A DNA stretch of 64,000 nt from positions 22,692,001 through 22,756,000 of the forward strand of contig NW_027361672.1 of assembly GCF_039654945.1 (NCBI RefSeq). The letters run 5' to 3'. Origin of the DNA: Dendrobates tinctorius (taxonomy: Eukaryota). Below the pieces are notes generated by a model. The model was given only the letters and a program-made list of their open reading frames with translations. It made no database searches and had not been told where the DNA came from. Each line of letters starts with the position of its first letter. The first letter of the stretch is position 1. Position numbers and translations under genes: made by a program. Positions 28,181 to 42,151 of this stretch are shown piece after piece.

Positions 28181-28721
28181 TGGTGCATTTGGAGACCTGG
28201 GAATCCCAGATTTTTGTTCCCCACAGTCTCTATATTTATGTCTATGATACTCCCCACATATCCTATATAGCAGGGCTGGGCAAACTGCAGCCCACGGGCC
28301 ACATACGGCCCTTTGCTTGTGCTTGTCTGGCCCGCGGACAGGCACAGGCAAACAGATTAGAACAAATGCTCCAGCAGTCACAGCTCTCCTGAGCGTGCGG
28401 GCCAGGTAGCAATACAGTGTGCATTGAGGAGTCTGAGGAGGGCAGAGAGGAGGCGGAGCGGCCATGGTGCAGCCAGCATAAGGATTCTGAGGAGGGCAGA
28501 GCTGCCAGCATATGGTCAGGGGGGCCGGAGAGGAGACAGTGCGCCTGCCATTTTCCAAGATGGCGGCGCCCATGAATTTGCCGGCTGCCCATTCAGTTTT
28601 CATTTTGATCACTGTGATAAACTCTCACAGTGATCAAAATGAAAAAAGTAAATACACCCCCCCGTTTATCACCCCCATAGGTAGGCACACATAATAAAAT
28701 TAAAAAAAAAAAAAAATTCCA

Positions 28722-28960
28722 TTAGGGTTAGAAATAGGGTTGGGGTTAGGGTTAGAAATAGGGTTAGGGTTGGAATTAGGGTTAGTGGTGGAATTAGGGT
28801 TAGGGTTGGAATTAGGGTTAAGAATAGGGTTAGCGGTGGGTTGGGGTTGGGATTAGGGTTAGGCTTGTGGTCAGGGTTAGAGTTGGGATTAGGCTTAGGG
28901 GTGTGTTGAGGTTAGGGTTGTGGTTAGGGTTAGGGGTGAGTTGGGGTTGGAGTTAGAATT
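28722..28960 (+). repeat. Degenerate (TTAGGG)n telomere-like array
   Basis: Many TTAGGG units interspersed with TTGGGG/TTGGAA/TTAGAA variants. Confidence 0.85.
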
Positions 28961-30820
28961 GTGGGGTTTCGACTGTTTAGGGACATCACAGGATCTCTGA
29001 ATGCGACATGGCGCCACGATTTATTCCAGCCAAATTTGCGTTTAAAAAGTCAAACAGCGCTCCCTCCATTCCGAGCCCCGACGTGTGCCCAAACAGTGGT
29101 TTACCCCCACATATGGGGTATCCGTGTACTCAGGAAAACTTGCACAACAACTTTGGGGGTCTAATTTCTCCTGTTACCCTTGGGAAAATAAAAAATTGGG
29201 GGCTAAAAAAATTATTTTTGTAGAAAAATGATTTTTTATTTTCACAGCTCTGTGCTATAAACTTCTGTGAAGCACTTGGGGGTTCAAAGTGCTCACCACA
29301 CATCTAGATAAGTTCCTTGGGTGGTCTAGTTTCCAAAATCGGGTCACTTGTGGGGGGTTTCCACTGTTTAGGCACATCAGAGGCTCTGCAAACGTAACAT
29401 GATGCCCGCAGACCATTCCATTAAGTCGGTATTTCAAAACATCACTACTTCCCTTCCGAGCCCCAACGTGTGCCCGAACAGTGGTTCCCCCCCGACATAT
29501 GGGGTACCAGCATACTCGGGACAAACTGGACAACAACTTTTGGGGTCCAATTTCTCCTGTTACCCTTGTGAAAATAAAAAATTGCAGGCTAAAAAATCAT
29601 TTTTGGAGGAAAAAAAACTATTTTTATTTTCACGTCTCTGCGTTATACAGTTCTGTGAAGCACCTGGGGGTTCAAAGTGCTCACTTTGCATCTAGATAAG
29701 TTCCTTAGGGGGTCTAGTTTCCAAAATGGGGTCATCTGTGGGGGAGCTCCAAAGTTTAGGCACACAGGGGCTCTCCAAACACGACATGGTGTCAGCTAAC
29801 GATTGGAGCTAATTTTCTATTCAAAAAGTCAAATGGCGCTCCTTCCCTTCTGAGTCCTGCCGTGCGCCCAAACAGTGGTTCCCCCCCACATATGGGGCAC
29901 CAGCGTACTCAGGACAAACTGAACAACAACCTTAGGGGTCCAGATTATCCTGTTACCCTTCTGAAAATAAAAAATAGGGGGCTAAAAAATCATTTTTTAG
30001 GAAAAAAGATTATTTTTTATTTTCATGACTCTGCGTTTATGAACTTCTGTGAAGCACTTGGGGGTTCACAGTGCTCACTACTATCTAGATAAGCTCCTTG
30101 GGGGTCTATTTTCCAAAATGGGGTCTCTTGTGGGGGGGTTTCTACTGTTTAGGCACAACAGGGGCTCTGCAAACTCAACATGATGCCCGCAGAACATTCC
30201 ATCAAAGTCTGCATTCCAAAATCGCGCTCCTTCCCTTCTGAGCTCTCCCATGCGCCCAAACATTGATTCCCCCCACATGTGCGGTATCCGTGTACTCAGG
30301 ACAAATTGAACAACAACTTTTGTGGTCCAATATCTCCTGTTACCCTTGTGAAAATAAAAAATAGCTGGCTAAAAAAATCATTTTTGAGGAAAAAAAATGA
30401 TTTTTTTATTTTCACTGGTCTGCGTTATAAACTTCTGTGAAGCACTTGGGGGTTCAAAGTTCCCACCACACATCTAGATAAGTTCCTTGGGGAATCTAGT
30501 TTATAAAATGGGGTCACTTGTGGGGGAGCTCCAATGTTTAGGTTCACAGGGGCTCTCCAAACGCGACATGGTGTCCGCTAACGGAGCTAATTTTCCATTC
30601 AAAAAGTCAAATGGTGCTCCTTCCCTTCCGGGCCCTGCCGTGCACCCAAACAGTGGTTTATGACCACATATGAGGTATCGGTGTACTCAGGAGAAATTGC
30701 CCAACAAATTTTAGGATCCATTTTATCCAGTTGCCCATGTGAAAAGGAAAAAACTGAGGCTAAAAGAAAAATTTTGTGAAAAAAAAGTCTTTTTTTTTTT
30801 ACGGATCAATTTGTGAAGCA
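28960..30820 (+). repeat. ~390-bp tandem repeat (~4.7 copies), internal part of a piggyBac-like family
   Basis: A TTCCAAAAT-type motif recurs at about 29331, 29719, 30111 and 30500. Homologous to 4395-4990. Confidence 0.9.
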
Positions 30821-32295
30821 CCGCTCAGTATATTGTGAGCGGTGGCTGGGAGCATGTCCCGGGACGTTGACAGCTTGCGTTGCAGTGCATCGATACACAC
30901 CTGGCTGTACTGCTTCCATCTGCCGCTCACCATGTACTGAGCAGTGACTGAAGCCGCATCTCTCTCTGAATGTCAAATGCTCCCATGTTTGCCATGTGTC
31001 TATAGACATCCATGGATCACCCGCTGACACTCACATGTGGCGCATCTTTCAGGACCGCAATATGTCAATTTGTCTTGCGGAGACGCGAGCCTCCATAATA
31101 GAAATTTCACCAATAGAATGTATTGGATGCGGTGAATCCACACTGTTCAGTGAACACATGCGGATTCACCTGTGTTCAAAGTGCTGCAACATGGGCACAT
31201 AGCATAAGGCTATTTAACTGCAGATTAACCACATACCTGCAGGTAAATAGCATTTTCCATCGTGACAGCAGCCTTCATGTGACAATGACATGGGTACACG
31301 GGACTCTAGAGTGGAAGAACGGTGCCAGTGAAGGAAGTATAAGTGCGTTATTATTTAATGACATTTTCCAGCTATAAGTTTTTGGCCTCTAATAGCCAGT
31401 AGTAGGTTATAATAATAAAATGGGATATTATGCACCCTCCCCGATTCCATGGCCACCTCTCTGCCTGTGCTATGGTCTCTGGTTACTGACTGCAGTGATG
31501 ACGGGATGAGTGCAGCAGACATCACCTCCACAGCCAATGAGCTCAGCGACTCCGCTCCATGTGCACAGCGTAGAGCTCCTGTTGAGCTCTGTGATTGGCA
31601 GCAGTGGTGATGTGAGCTGCAGATGGGCTGTTACTACTGCAGCCAGTAAATAGAGATTAGTGCAGTGGTGAAATAGTAGAGCTAAATTTGGTGTGAGTAA
31701 CATCATATTTTATTATTTTGATCCAGCGCTGGCGATTAAATGCTGAAACTTTTAACTGGAAAACATCATGAAAGGAGTTGTCTGGCCTTTTGGTTACAAG
31801 TCTGCGGACACTCTGTGACTGCAGACTTGTGAATCCTTACAGCACGTGCACTACGCGCTGTGAGGATTCTCTGGCTCCGGGTGGACACATGACCACAAGT
31901 ATGCTATATGCAATCTTTCAATCATTACATCACTAATTAAAGTATGTTATGTTAAAAAGACCAATTAAAGTAGTGAAAATATGCTTGCTTGCTGTAGGGG
32001 TATCACGTTGGCTAGCTTCTAGTAGATTTTGCTATAAAGCTTATTACCTGTATTCTTACCCGTATATACTTCTAATTAAAATGTATTTTCAAAAACTACA
32101 AAATATTGAGCTGAATTCAGTTCAGCTGATTGGCTCGGCCCTCCACAACTGTCCCAGTTCCTCATGTGGCCCCTCGGAAAAATTAATTGCCCACCTCTGC
32201 TATATAGTATGATGTTCCCCACAACTCCCAGTATAATGTTCCCCACAGTCTCTGATATATGATGTCCCCCACAGCCCCTCTTGTGATAGTTCCTG

Positions 32296-32870
32296 AAGCC
32301 AGCCCCTCTCATGTCCTGCATAGCCAGCCTGTCTTATGTCCTGCATAGCCAGCCCATCTTATGTCCTGCATAGCCAGCCCGTCTTATGTCCTGCATAGCC
32401 AGCCCCTATTATGTCCTGCATAGCTAGCCCCTCTTATGTCCTCCATAGCCAGCCCCTCTTATGTCCTGCATAGCCAGCCCCTCTTATGTCCTCCATAGCC
32501 AGCCCCTTTTATGTCTTCCATAGCCATCCCCTCTTATGTCCTGCATAGCCAGCCCCTCTTATGTCCTCCATAGCCAGCCCCTTATGTCCACAATAGCCAG
32601 ACCCTATTATGTCCACAATAGCCAGCCTCTCTTATGTCCGCCATAGCCAGCCTCTCTTATGTCGTCCATAGCCTGCTCTTCCTATGTCCGCCATAGCCAG
32701 CCCCTGTTATGTTACCCCTAACCTCTTCTTATGTCCCCCATAACCTTCTCTTATGTTCTTATGTCCCCCATAGCCAGCTCCTCTTATGTTCTTATGTACC
32801 CCATAGAGTGCTCTTCTTATGTCCCTCATAGCCAGCTCCTCTTATGTCCCCCATAACCAGCTCCTCCTAT
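32296..32870. repeat. 25-bp minisatellite (CTTATGTCCTGCATAGCCAGCCCCT)n
   Basis: ATGTCC recurs every 25 bp and decays toward the 3' end. Confidence 0.95.
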
Positions 32871-35489
32871 CTCCTCCATATTGCCATCATAAAGTCCCCC
32901 ATTCATTGGCAAAATATCAAGGGAAAAAAAAACTTTATACTCGCCTAATCCCAGCTCACTGTACTCCACAGCTGTTTTGCTTCCTGTACTGCAGTGGATG
33001 CAGGATGGCGTGATGATATCTCTGTATCATGCCATCCGATGGTCCCTGCATGCGCCATCTGGAAGTGGCCTGCGTTCTGAAGGAAAACCTGGCAGGGCAG
33101 GGAGCTGACTAGAGCTGCTGCTCCCGTCACGGGTGCTGATGACATCAATTGTATGTGTGTCCGAGAGTCTCAAATAAAATCGAGTGCAGGGGGGGAGCGA
33201 TGGCTGGGGTGCAGGAGAGAGGGGTGAGTGGTGTCAGTGACTTACATTTCTCCCATATGTGCCCATGACTTACGTGACTGAAATTGCTGCCATGTGTGGT
33301 TTTTTTTGGTTTTTTTTCTCCCCAAAGTACCGACCTCCTCGGCGATGCAGGAGGCAGTGCCCTGGTCCATATGTCCACTTTTCTTGTTCAAAGGTTGTGA
33401 GGCATGGTTCTTTATAGTCCTATAGCTCTAATAAGTCAAAAATGATGCCATGAGTTTTTTAGTAGTGCCCCGGCCAGTGGCTACTACCTAAAAGTGTCTC
33501 CATGGGTGGAGCTCCTGAACGCAGCTCCTGATTGCCGATTGTGATGTTAGATTCAGAGACCCATGTCTCCATCAGAGATAATACAATGAGCCATTCCTTT
33601 GCAACATTAATTTTCATTGAAATTATTTATTTTTTATTAAAAGATGTTGATGGAAGATGTATGGAATTTTGAATAAGCTAAAGGATAATTTAGCTGATAC
33701 TAGCCAATGATTGTTTGAAGTCCCTGACTTACTGGGAGACCATATAGGGCCTCTAGGATTTTTATTTTTATTTTTTTAAACAACTACTTTTGTTAACATT
33801 TTTATTGGCGAAACCTGTGTGAATGTACATGTAGTGCAGGGTAGGGGCATTAATATTCTTACCAATTGTCTTCTCTGGTTTCCCTTGCCGCTTCTGGCCT
33901 TTTTTGAGTCATGTGATTGAAGTTCCGACTCTACGTATCAGCCAGGACTCTGTGTGAGCCGGAAGTTGCTTTTATGATGCGAGTCATTTGAGCTTCAAAA
34001 CAAGACTCCATAGGTTTAAATTGTAATAGCGACTTCCAGCTCACACAGAAACCCCAGAATAATCTGGCAAGTTGGAAATAGTCAAGAGGACCCTAGCAGT
34101 GCTGGAAACGGGAAGACATCGATCGATGAGAATGTGTATCGAAAGGTTCAACCGGTAGTCAGTGAATGAGGTCCCAGACAGAAAATTGTTTGGGACAGTT
34201 AATGATCCAACATCTCTGCTTTTCGACTGCAAATCATTTGCTCTTTCTGAGATAAATCGCCGCTGGAGATGACTATGTATGGGACAGACGACTGAGAAGA
34301 CTGTCTGACAGATATCTAAAGTGTATGGGGAGCTTTACATTCATATCTCGTTTGTGCCGATATTATTCTCACTAATCGTGCCCATTTAATGCTCATAAAA
34401 TAATTGTACTAATTGACGGACTAGTTATGTTAAATTTCAATATGTTTGATCCTTTTTTCTCAAGAGACATTGTCCGCTCCCAGAAATGTCTGGCAATGAT
34501 TTATTCACCTCTTCTCCTTGAGAACTAAACCAAACCCACCCATGCTTAGAGAGATCTAGAAGTAGAGCAATCAGCTTAAGGGGTTTATGGCCACCTTTAC
34601 ACTATTCTTCTGGCCAAAATAGTAACCATTTGGGCCTCAAACTAACAAAAAACCCATTCTTCTTGCCCATAGCAATCTGTCTGAGATCCCAGTGAATTGA
34701 CTCGATCAGTGGAAATTCTTGTGATCTGACTATTTGGCTTACCAAAATCCCAGGCACAGGTTGCCATTTTACAAAGCCAAAGCATTTTTATATGTCTAGG
34801 ATGTATCTGGGTTTGCTACAGATTTCAAGCATTATTGTGTTCATGAGCTAAGTAATTTTGATGTAATAGTAGCTTGCAAAAAAAAGTTAAATAAAGTATG
34901 ATAAAAATGGCTTGCTCCAGTGGTATATATAATACTAGCGGCGCAAAGAGGCAAAGCTTAAAACAGAAGAGTGTGCATATTCTCCAGTCTAACTTTTTAT
35001 TCATGCCCCAGAAAATATGTATGGTTTAGGAAAACAAAGAAACATTTTGATTTTGTACGGGTGGGCTGACAGAATCCATTTATTTAACAATTGGAAAAAG
35101 AAAATCTGCAGGCTGGTTGGAGTGCAGCCACATTCCTCTCATAGCTTTAGAATTTCTCTCATAGCAAATCCCACCACTAGTAAACCATGGACCTTTTTGT
35201 TTTCTACTAGCTGTGCTCTCGTTCTAGGCATCACCAGGCATAGCCAGGGCTCTTTATAACAATGCGGAGGGTACGCTTTAGGGTTTGACCCACACTGTTT
35301 GAAATCTGTGGGCGGCACCCTGGTACATTAACTTAGACAGCTGATCCATTCATTACTGCGACAAAGCCATTTACAACCTTTGTGCGGGGACCATGGACTT
35401 GCTAAAGTTGATGATCACATATGTCCAAAAGTATTACAGCTTATACAATACTAACTTTAATGTAGACGAAAATGATTAAATTCACACAC

Positions 35490-35620
35490 AGTAGGATGTA
35501 AAAGTTTGGGCACCCCTGGTCAAAATTTCTCTTATTGTGAACAGTCACGCAAGTTAAATATAAAATGATTTCTAAAAGGACTAAAGTAGAAGATGACACA
35601 TTTCCTTTGTATTTTAGGCC

Positions 35621-35676
<56 letters not shown>

Positions 35677-37856
35677 CACAGCTCTGGCAAAAATTAAGAG
35701 CCCACCACATCAAAACCCTGTCATGGGCAGCCCATTCTCCAGACCTGAACCCCCATTGAAAACCTCTGAAGTGTAATCAAGAAGATGATGGTTTTTGCCA
35801 TGTTGATATCCTAGAAAAACCTGAAGCAATTCTGATGTCAGCCAAGTGAATGAGAAATCTGAAGTGTCATGCACACAATGGTTATTTTTGATTTGCAGAT
35901 TTGGTGCAGAAAATAATTTGCACCATGTCAATTCTCTGTGCATTTTTGCCTTGCGTTTTTCACCATTGACTTCACTCAAATCAGTCAAAATGCAGGGCAA
36001 AAGCCCACCAAAAATGAGGCAAAAAGCCCGTTTTTGCAGCTGCGTTTTCCTGCCGAGAGATGCAGAAATTTTACTCAGCGTGTGCACATACCCTTAGCGT
36101 TATGACTTCTTCACCATCATTGTTAGGAAAAGCCAGGTGATAGCAAAGCATTTTCAAGTTTCCCTTTCCTCACTTTGAAATGTAATTAAGAAATGGTAGT
36201 TAACAGGAACAGTGGAGGTCAAGAGAAGGTTTGGAAGACCAAGCAAAATGTCAGTAAGAGCTGCTCATAGGATTGCTAAAGAGGCAAATCAGAACCACCA
36301 CTTGACTGTAAAAGACCTTCAGAAAGATTTGTCAGACACGCAAGTTGTGGTACACTGTTCTACAGTTCATAGACACCTGCATAAATATGGCCTTCATGGA
36401 CTAGTCACCAGAAGAAAACTCCTGAGTCCTCACCATAAAGTTCAGAATCAGAAGTATACAAAATAACATCTATACAAGCCTGAGGCATTTTGGAAACGAG
36501 TCCTGTGGTCCAATGAGGTTAAAATAGAACTCTTTGGCCACAATGATCAAAGGAATGTGTGGAGAAAAGAGGGCACAGAAGTTCAGTATAAGAACTTCTT
36601 GCCAACCATCAATAATGGTGTGGTTCACTCATGCTTTGGAGTTATGTTGCAGCCAATGGCACGGCGAACATTTACCAAGTAGAGGGAAAGATGGACTCAA
36701 TAAAATTTAAACAAATTCCATCCAGCCACTGAAATTTCTGGATTGTGAGTCGTGGGGAAAGCAAAAGAATTGTCAACGGATCTACAGGAATAGGTAGTTG
36801 AACTGTATAAAACAGGAAAGAGATACAGATATCCAAGGAATTGATAATGCCATTCAGCAGCATTCAAACTGTAATTAACCAATGGAAAATCAGAGTCTCT
36901 GTATCAGTGGCTGTTTCAAGATACATAATAATGAGGCATTTGAAGAAAAATGGGCTGCATGCTCGAGTCGCCAGAAGAAAGACATTACTGCACAAATGCC
37001 ACAAAGTATCTAGTCTACAATACGCAAAACAGCACAGACACAAGTCTCAAAACTTCTTGAACAAGGTAATTTGGAGTGATGTGACCAAAATTTAGCTTTT
37101 GGCCACAACCATAAATGTTACATTTGGAGAGAGGTTAACAAGGCCTATGATGAAAGGAACACCATTCCTACTGTAAAGTACAGAGGTGGATTGCTGATGT
37201 TTTGGGTATGTGTAAACTACAAAGGCACAGGAAACTTGGTCAAAGTTGAAGGAAAGATGAATGCAGCACGTTATCAGCAAATACTGGAGGCAAATTTGCA
37301 ATCATCAGCCCGAAAGCTGCGCATGGGATGTACTTGGATGTTCCAACATAACAGCGATCCAAAACACAAGGCTAAGTCGACCTGTCCTTAGCTACAGCAG
37401 AATGAAGTGAAGGTTCTGGAGTGGCCATCTCAGTCTCCTGACCTCAATGTAATTGATCCACTATGGGGAGATTTTAAGTATACAGTTCATGCTAGACAGC
37501 CCAGGAATTTACAGGAACTGGAGGGCTTTTTGTCAAGAAGTATGGGCAGCTTTACCAACTAGAGAAAATAAAGAACCTCATCCACAACTACCACAAAGGA
37601 CTTCAAGCTGTCATTGATGTTAGAGGGGGCAATACACGGTATTAAGAAATGGGGTATGTAAACTTTTGATCAGTCATTTGGATGTTTTGGGTTGTCATTA
37701 TGACTTAAAAAGAGAAAACACAGTAGTTTGACAATAACTGGCTTCACCCAACCACTAACCATGAGAGGAGAAAAAGTTTTGGTGTTATTATTCATATTCT
37801 ATGAGGCCAAGAAAGCAAAAATTCTGCCGGGGTATGTAAACTTTTGAGCACAACTG
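35490..37856 (+). mobile_element. Cluster of nested/fragmented Tc1 elements
   Basis: TIR-like starts at about 35490 and 35679, two successive degenerate transposases (36212-36720 and 36730-37645; VIWSDVTKI, FQHNSDPKH), and a right TIR ending ..AGCACAACTG|TA at 37856. Confidence 0.8.
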
Positions 37857-38829
37857 TATATGTGTGCGGCACTGACATCTACAGTATATGTCTATGTATT
37901 CTATGTGTATATATCTATTCTATTCTATCAGTGTAATTTTACTGTATGCGGCACATGAATTGCCAGCTTTTCAAAGGACACAAGGGCGTAAAAATCGGAC
38001 AGCACTCGCATGGTCCGAGTGCTGTGAGATTTTTTTTTTCTCGAACCCATAGGCTTGCATAGGCGAATCTCTGACAAGTCTCGGTGACAATCTCACCATG
38101 CAGCGATTTTACATGCATGCTGAATACGCCCAAGAAAACAAACACTGATTTGAGCTGCCCCATAGATTAACACTGGGCCAAATGCTATGCAATGTTTTCT
38201 CGCATAGCACTAGCCCGTATTCTGCAGTAGTGTGACGCCGGCCTAAGTCTATGTTCTAGACATTGGCCAATGACTTTTATTCTTCATTTTTTATATCTTG
38301 TTTGTCCTTTATGGAAAGTTTAGATGCTAGTTGGACCTGTAGGTGTTCAGAGACCTAATGTGAAAACCAAAAAAGCTGTAAAGTGCAAGGTGGCAAAAGC
38401 ACTTTTACTTGAATTTTTCATCAGTTTCCAAGATGCGTGCATTAAAATATGGCAACCTTTTAGCAATGACTTTGACATTTTATGTGTAGTAACCTTCCTG
38501 TTATGCTTGTGGAGAAGGAAAGATCTGGACAGTTAGCATGCTTTAACCTTTCCCATCCATTATTCATAATGTTTTTGTATTCAGATTGTGTTTTTCAAGG
38601 CCGTGAAAGATCGTTACTGTCGCTGCTGTAGTTTTAGTTTGCACTGTTGTTTCGGTCCCTTGAATGTTTTACTTGAATAACAATGTTTTATGTTAAAATA
38701 TTTTTTAGTATTTTCTTTAGCTGTTAGTAAATGTTTCAAAACGTATTAGGAATGTACTGGATTTATGGTAATGTGACAAGCACATTTTTCTCCATGATAG
38801 AGATCTGTATAATAGTATTTTATAGAGAA

Positions 38830-39912
38830 CTAGCTGAAGAGCCCGGCGCTGCCCGGGCATAGTAACTAACTGTGGTTAGTTATAGCAAATTATAATTATC
38901 CTCCATCCCATAGTCCCGTGCCCATATACCCATCATACATATCCTCCATCCCATAGTCCTGTGCCCATATACCCATCATACATATCCTCCATCCCATAGT
39001 CCCGTGCCCATATACCCATCTTACATATTCTCCATCCCATAGTCCCATGCCCATATACCCATCATACATATTCGCCATCCCATAGTCCCATGCCCATATA
39101 CCCATCATACATATTCGCCATCCCATAGTCCCGTGCCCATATACCCATCATACATATCCACCATCCCATAGGCCCGTGCCCATATACCCATCATACACAT
39201 CCTCCATCCCATAGTCCCATGCCCATATACCCATCATACATATCCACCATCCCATAGGCCCGTGCCCATATACCCATCATACATATCCTCCATCCTATAG
39301 TCGAGTGTCCATATACCCATCATACATCCTTCATCTCATAGTCCCATGCCCATATACCCATCATACATATCCTCCATGCCATAGTCCCGTGCCTATATAC
39401 CCATCATACATATCCTCCATGCCATAGTCCAGTGCCCATATACCCATCATACATATCCTCCATCCCATAGTCCAGTGCCCATATACCCATCACACATCCT
39501 CCATCCCATAGTCAACCATTTTGACATCATAATGAGCGGCGGGGCTTGCAACGTATGATGACATCAGCGTCGCCATGGCAACCATTGTGACATCATAATG
39601 AGGGGCGGGGCTTGATACGCACACACTGTTTCCCAGTATGTAGATAGGGGCATTATGACATAATGAGGGGCGGGGCTTGACGCGCACACACTTTTTCCCC
39701 AGTATGTAGATAGGGGCAAAATTGTTTGGTGAATTGGAACGCGAGGCGTTAAAATTTCGCCTCACAACATAGCTTAGGACGCTCTCGTGGTACACACGTG
39801 TTACAGTGCCAAATTTTATGGCTGTAGCTGCGACGTTGCGGATGCCTATCCCGGACATACACACATACACACACACATACATACATACACACTTTGAGCT
39901 TTATATATTAGA
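38830..39912 (-). mobile_element. Non-autonomous Helitron carrying a 43-bp minisatellite
   Basis: Same 3' end as the 16043 element (CTAGCTGAAGAGCCCGGCGCTGCCCGGGCATAGTAACTAA on +). The minus strand starts A|TC with an (ACAT)n-like tract near that end. Confidence 0.8.
38898..39513. repeat. 43-bp tandem repeat, ~14 copies
   Basis: ATCCTCCATCCCATAGTCCCGTGCCCATATACCCATCATACAT repeated head-to-tail. Confidence 0.95.
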
Positions 39913-40419
39913 TTTTTATGGCGAACATAAATATCCTTGCCTGTTTTAGAATGGAGGTGGCGAAAAAGTAAATTGTGACATCAGAGAGGAGACTAGTAGA
40001 CTAGCCGTAAATTAGGAAACCTGGCTGTTCAGCATGAAAGTTGGAAAACTGTCTGTAGAGGTTAATTTCTTTTTTGTGCCCTCTTGAACCCTTTTGGTAG
40101 TGAATTATTCCTTGGAGAATCCTGTATTGACTTACATCTTATCTTGTACTCTTAAATGGGTTTGGATACCTTAGATGATTTAGGTTAACTTAGTCTACAA
40201 GTTTGCAGTCAATCTATATAACTGCAGACTCGTGAATCATCACACTGCACACTGTGAGGATTCTCTGGTGCTGGCGCTCTGGGAGCAAGTAGTCATGTCT
40301 GGCCACATTCCAACTAGACTGTGTCAGGCCTTTTTCAAGGGGCTTGCATTAAGTAAGACTGCTCCCACCTAATCAACACGTGACTGCATGTATGCCAATC
40401 ACATATTTGTGCTCATGTA

Positions 40420-42060
40420 CAGTCATATGTTAAAGTTTGGGCACCCCTATTAATGTTAACCTTTTTTCTTTATAACAATTTTGGTTTTTGCAACAGCTAT
40501 TTCAGTTTCATATATCTAATAACTGATGGACTCAGTTATATTTCTGGATTCAAATGAGGTTTATTGTACTAACAGAAAATGTGCAATCTGCATTTAAACA
40601 AAATTTGACGGGTGCAAAAGTATTGGCATCTCAACATAAAAGTGACATTAATATTTCGTAGATCCTCCATTTGCAAAAATAACAGCCTCTAGTCGCTTCC
40701 TGTAGCTATTAATGAGTTCCTGGATCCTGGATGAAGGTATTTGTGACCATTCCTGTTTACAAAACAATTCCAGTTCAGTTAAGTTTGATGGTCGCCGAGC
40801 ATGGACAGCCCGCTTCAAATCATCCCACAGATGTTCAATGATATTCAGGTCTGGGGACTGGGATGGCCATTCCAGAACATTGTAATTGTTCCTCTGCATG
40901 AATGCCTGAGTAGATTTGGAGCGGTGTTTTGGATCATTGTCTTGCTGAAATATCCATCCCCTGCGTAACTTCAGCTTTGTCACTGATTCTTGCACATTAT
41001 TGTCAAGAATCTGCTGATACTGAGTTGAATCCATGTGACCCTCAACTTTAACAAGATTCCCGGTGCCGGCATTGGCCACACAGCCCCAAAGCATGATGGA
41101 ACCTCCACCAAATTTTACTGTGGGTAGCAAGTGTTTTTCTTGAAATTCTGTGTTTTTTAGCCTCCATGCATAACGCCTTTTTGTATGACCAAACAACTCA
41201 ATCTTTGTTTCATCAGTCCTTCTTCCAAAATGTAACTGGCTTGTCCAAATGTGCTTTTGCATACCTCAGGCGACTCTGTTTGTGGCGTGCTTGCAGAAAC
41301 GGCTTCTTTCGCATCACTCTCCCATACAGCTTCTCCTTGTGCAAAGTGCGCTGTATTGTTGACCGATGCACAGTGACACCATCTGCAGCAAGATGATGCT
41401 GCAGGTCTTTGGAGGTGGTCTGTGGATTGTCCTTGACTGTTCTCACCATTCTTCTTCTCTGCCTTTCTGATATTTTTCTTGACCTGCCACTTCTGGGCTT
41501 AACAAGAACTGTACCTGTGTTCTTCCATTTCCTTACTATGTTCCTCACAGTGGAAACTGACAGGTTAAATCTCTGAGACAACTTTTTGTATCCTTCCCCT
41601 GAAAAGCTATGTTGAATAATCTTTGTTTTCAGATCATTTGAGAGTTGTTTTGAGGAGCCCATGATGCCACTCTTCATAGGAGAATCAAATAGGAGAACTA
41701 CTTGCAAGTGGCCACCTTAAATACCTTTTCTCATGATTTGATACACCTGGCTATGAAGTTCAAAGCTCAATGAGGTTACAAAACCAATTTAGTGCTTCAG
41801 GAAGTCAGTAAAAAGTAGTTAGGAGTGTTCAAATCAAGAAAATGATAAAGATGCCCATACTTTTGCACCGGTCAAATTTTGTTTAAATGCAGATTGCACA
41901 TTTTCTGTTAGTACAATATACCTCATTTTAATCCAGAAATATAACTGAGTCCATCAGTTATTAGATATATGAAACTGAAATAGCTGTTGCAAAAACCAAA
42001 ATTGTTATAAAGAAAAAAGGTTAACATTAATAGGGGTGCCCAAACTTTAACATATGACTG
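40420..42060 (-). mobile_element. Full-length Tc1 (DD34E) with a single frameshift
   Basis: ~210-bp near-identical TIRs CAGTCATATGTTAAAGTTTGGGCACCCC and a TA duplication. ORFs 41213-41707 and 40648-41262 together make a transposase lacking only the VLW residues before TDETK. Confidence 0.95.
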
Positions 42061-42151
42061 TACATGCTGTTCCTGGTGCTGGCAGTGGAGAATCCTCACA
42101 GTGCACAGTCCACTGGATGTGATGATGTACAAGTCTACAGTCACATAGAGT

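Larger units (their letters stand above)
28271..32199. mobile_element. hAT (Charlie-like) non-autonomous element swollen to 3.9 kb by internal insertions
   Basis: CAGGGCTGGGCAA...TTGCCCACCTCTG TIRs with a perfect 8-bp TSD, CTATATAG (28263-28270 and 32200-32207). Confidence 0.8.

Noticed and set aside
28722-28960. True telomere or chromosome-fusion scar
   Set aside because: The tract is short, degenerate, in a single orientation and embedded in transposon-derived sequence within an intron.
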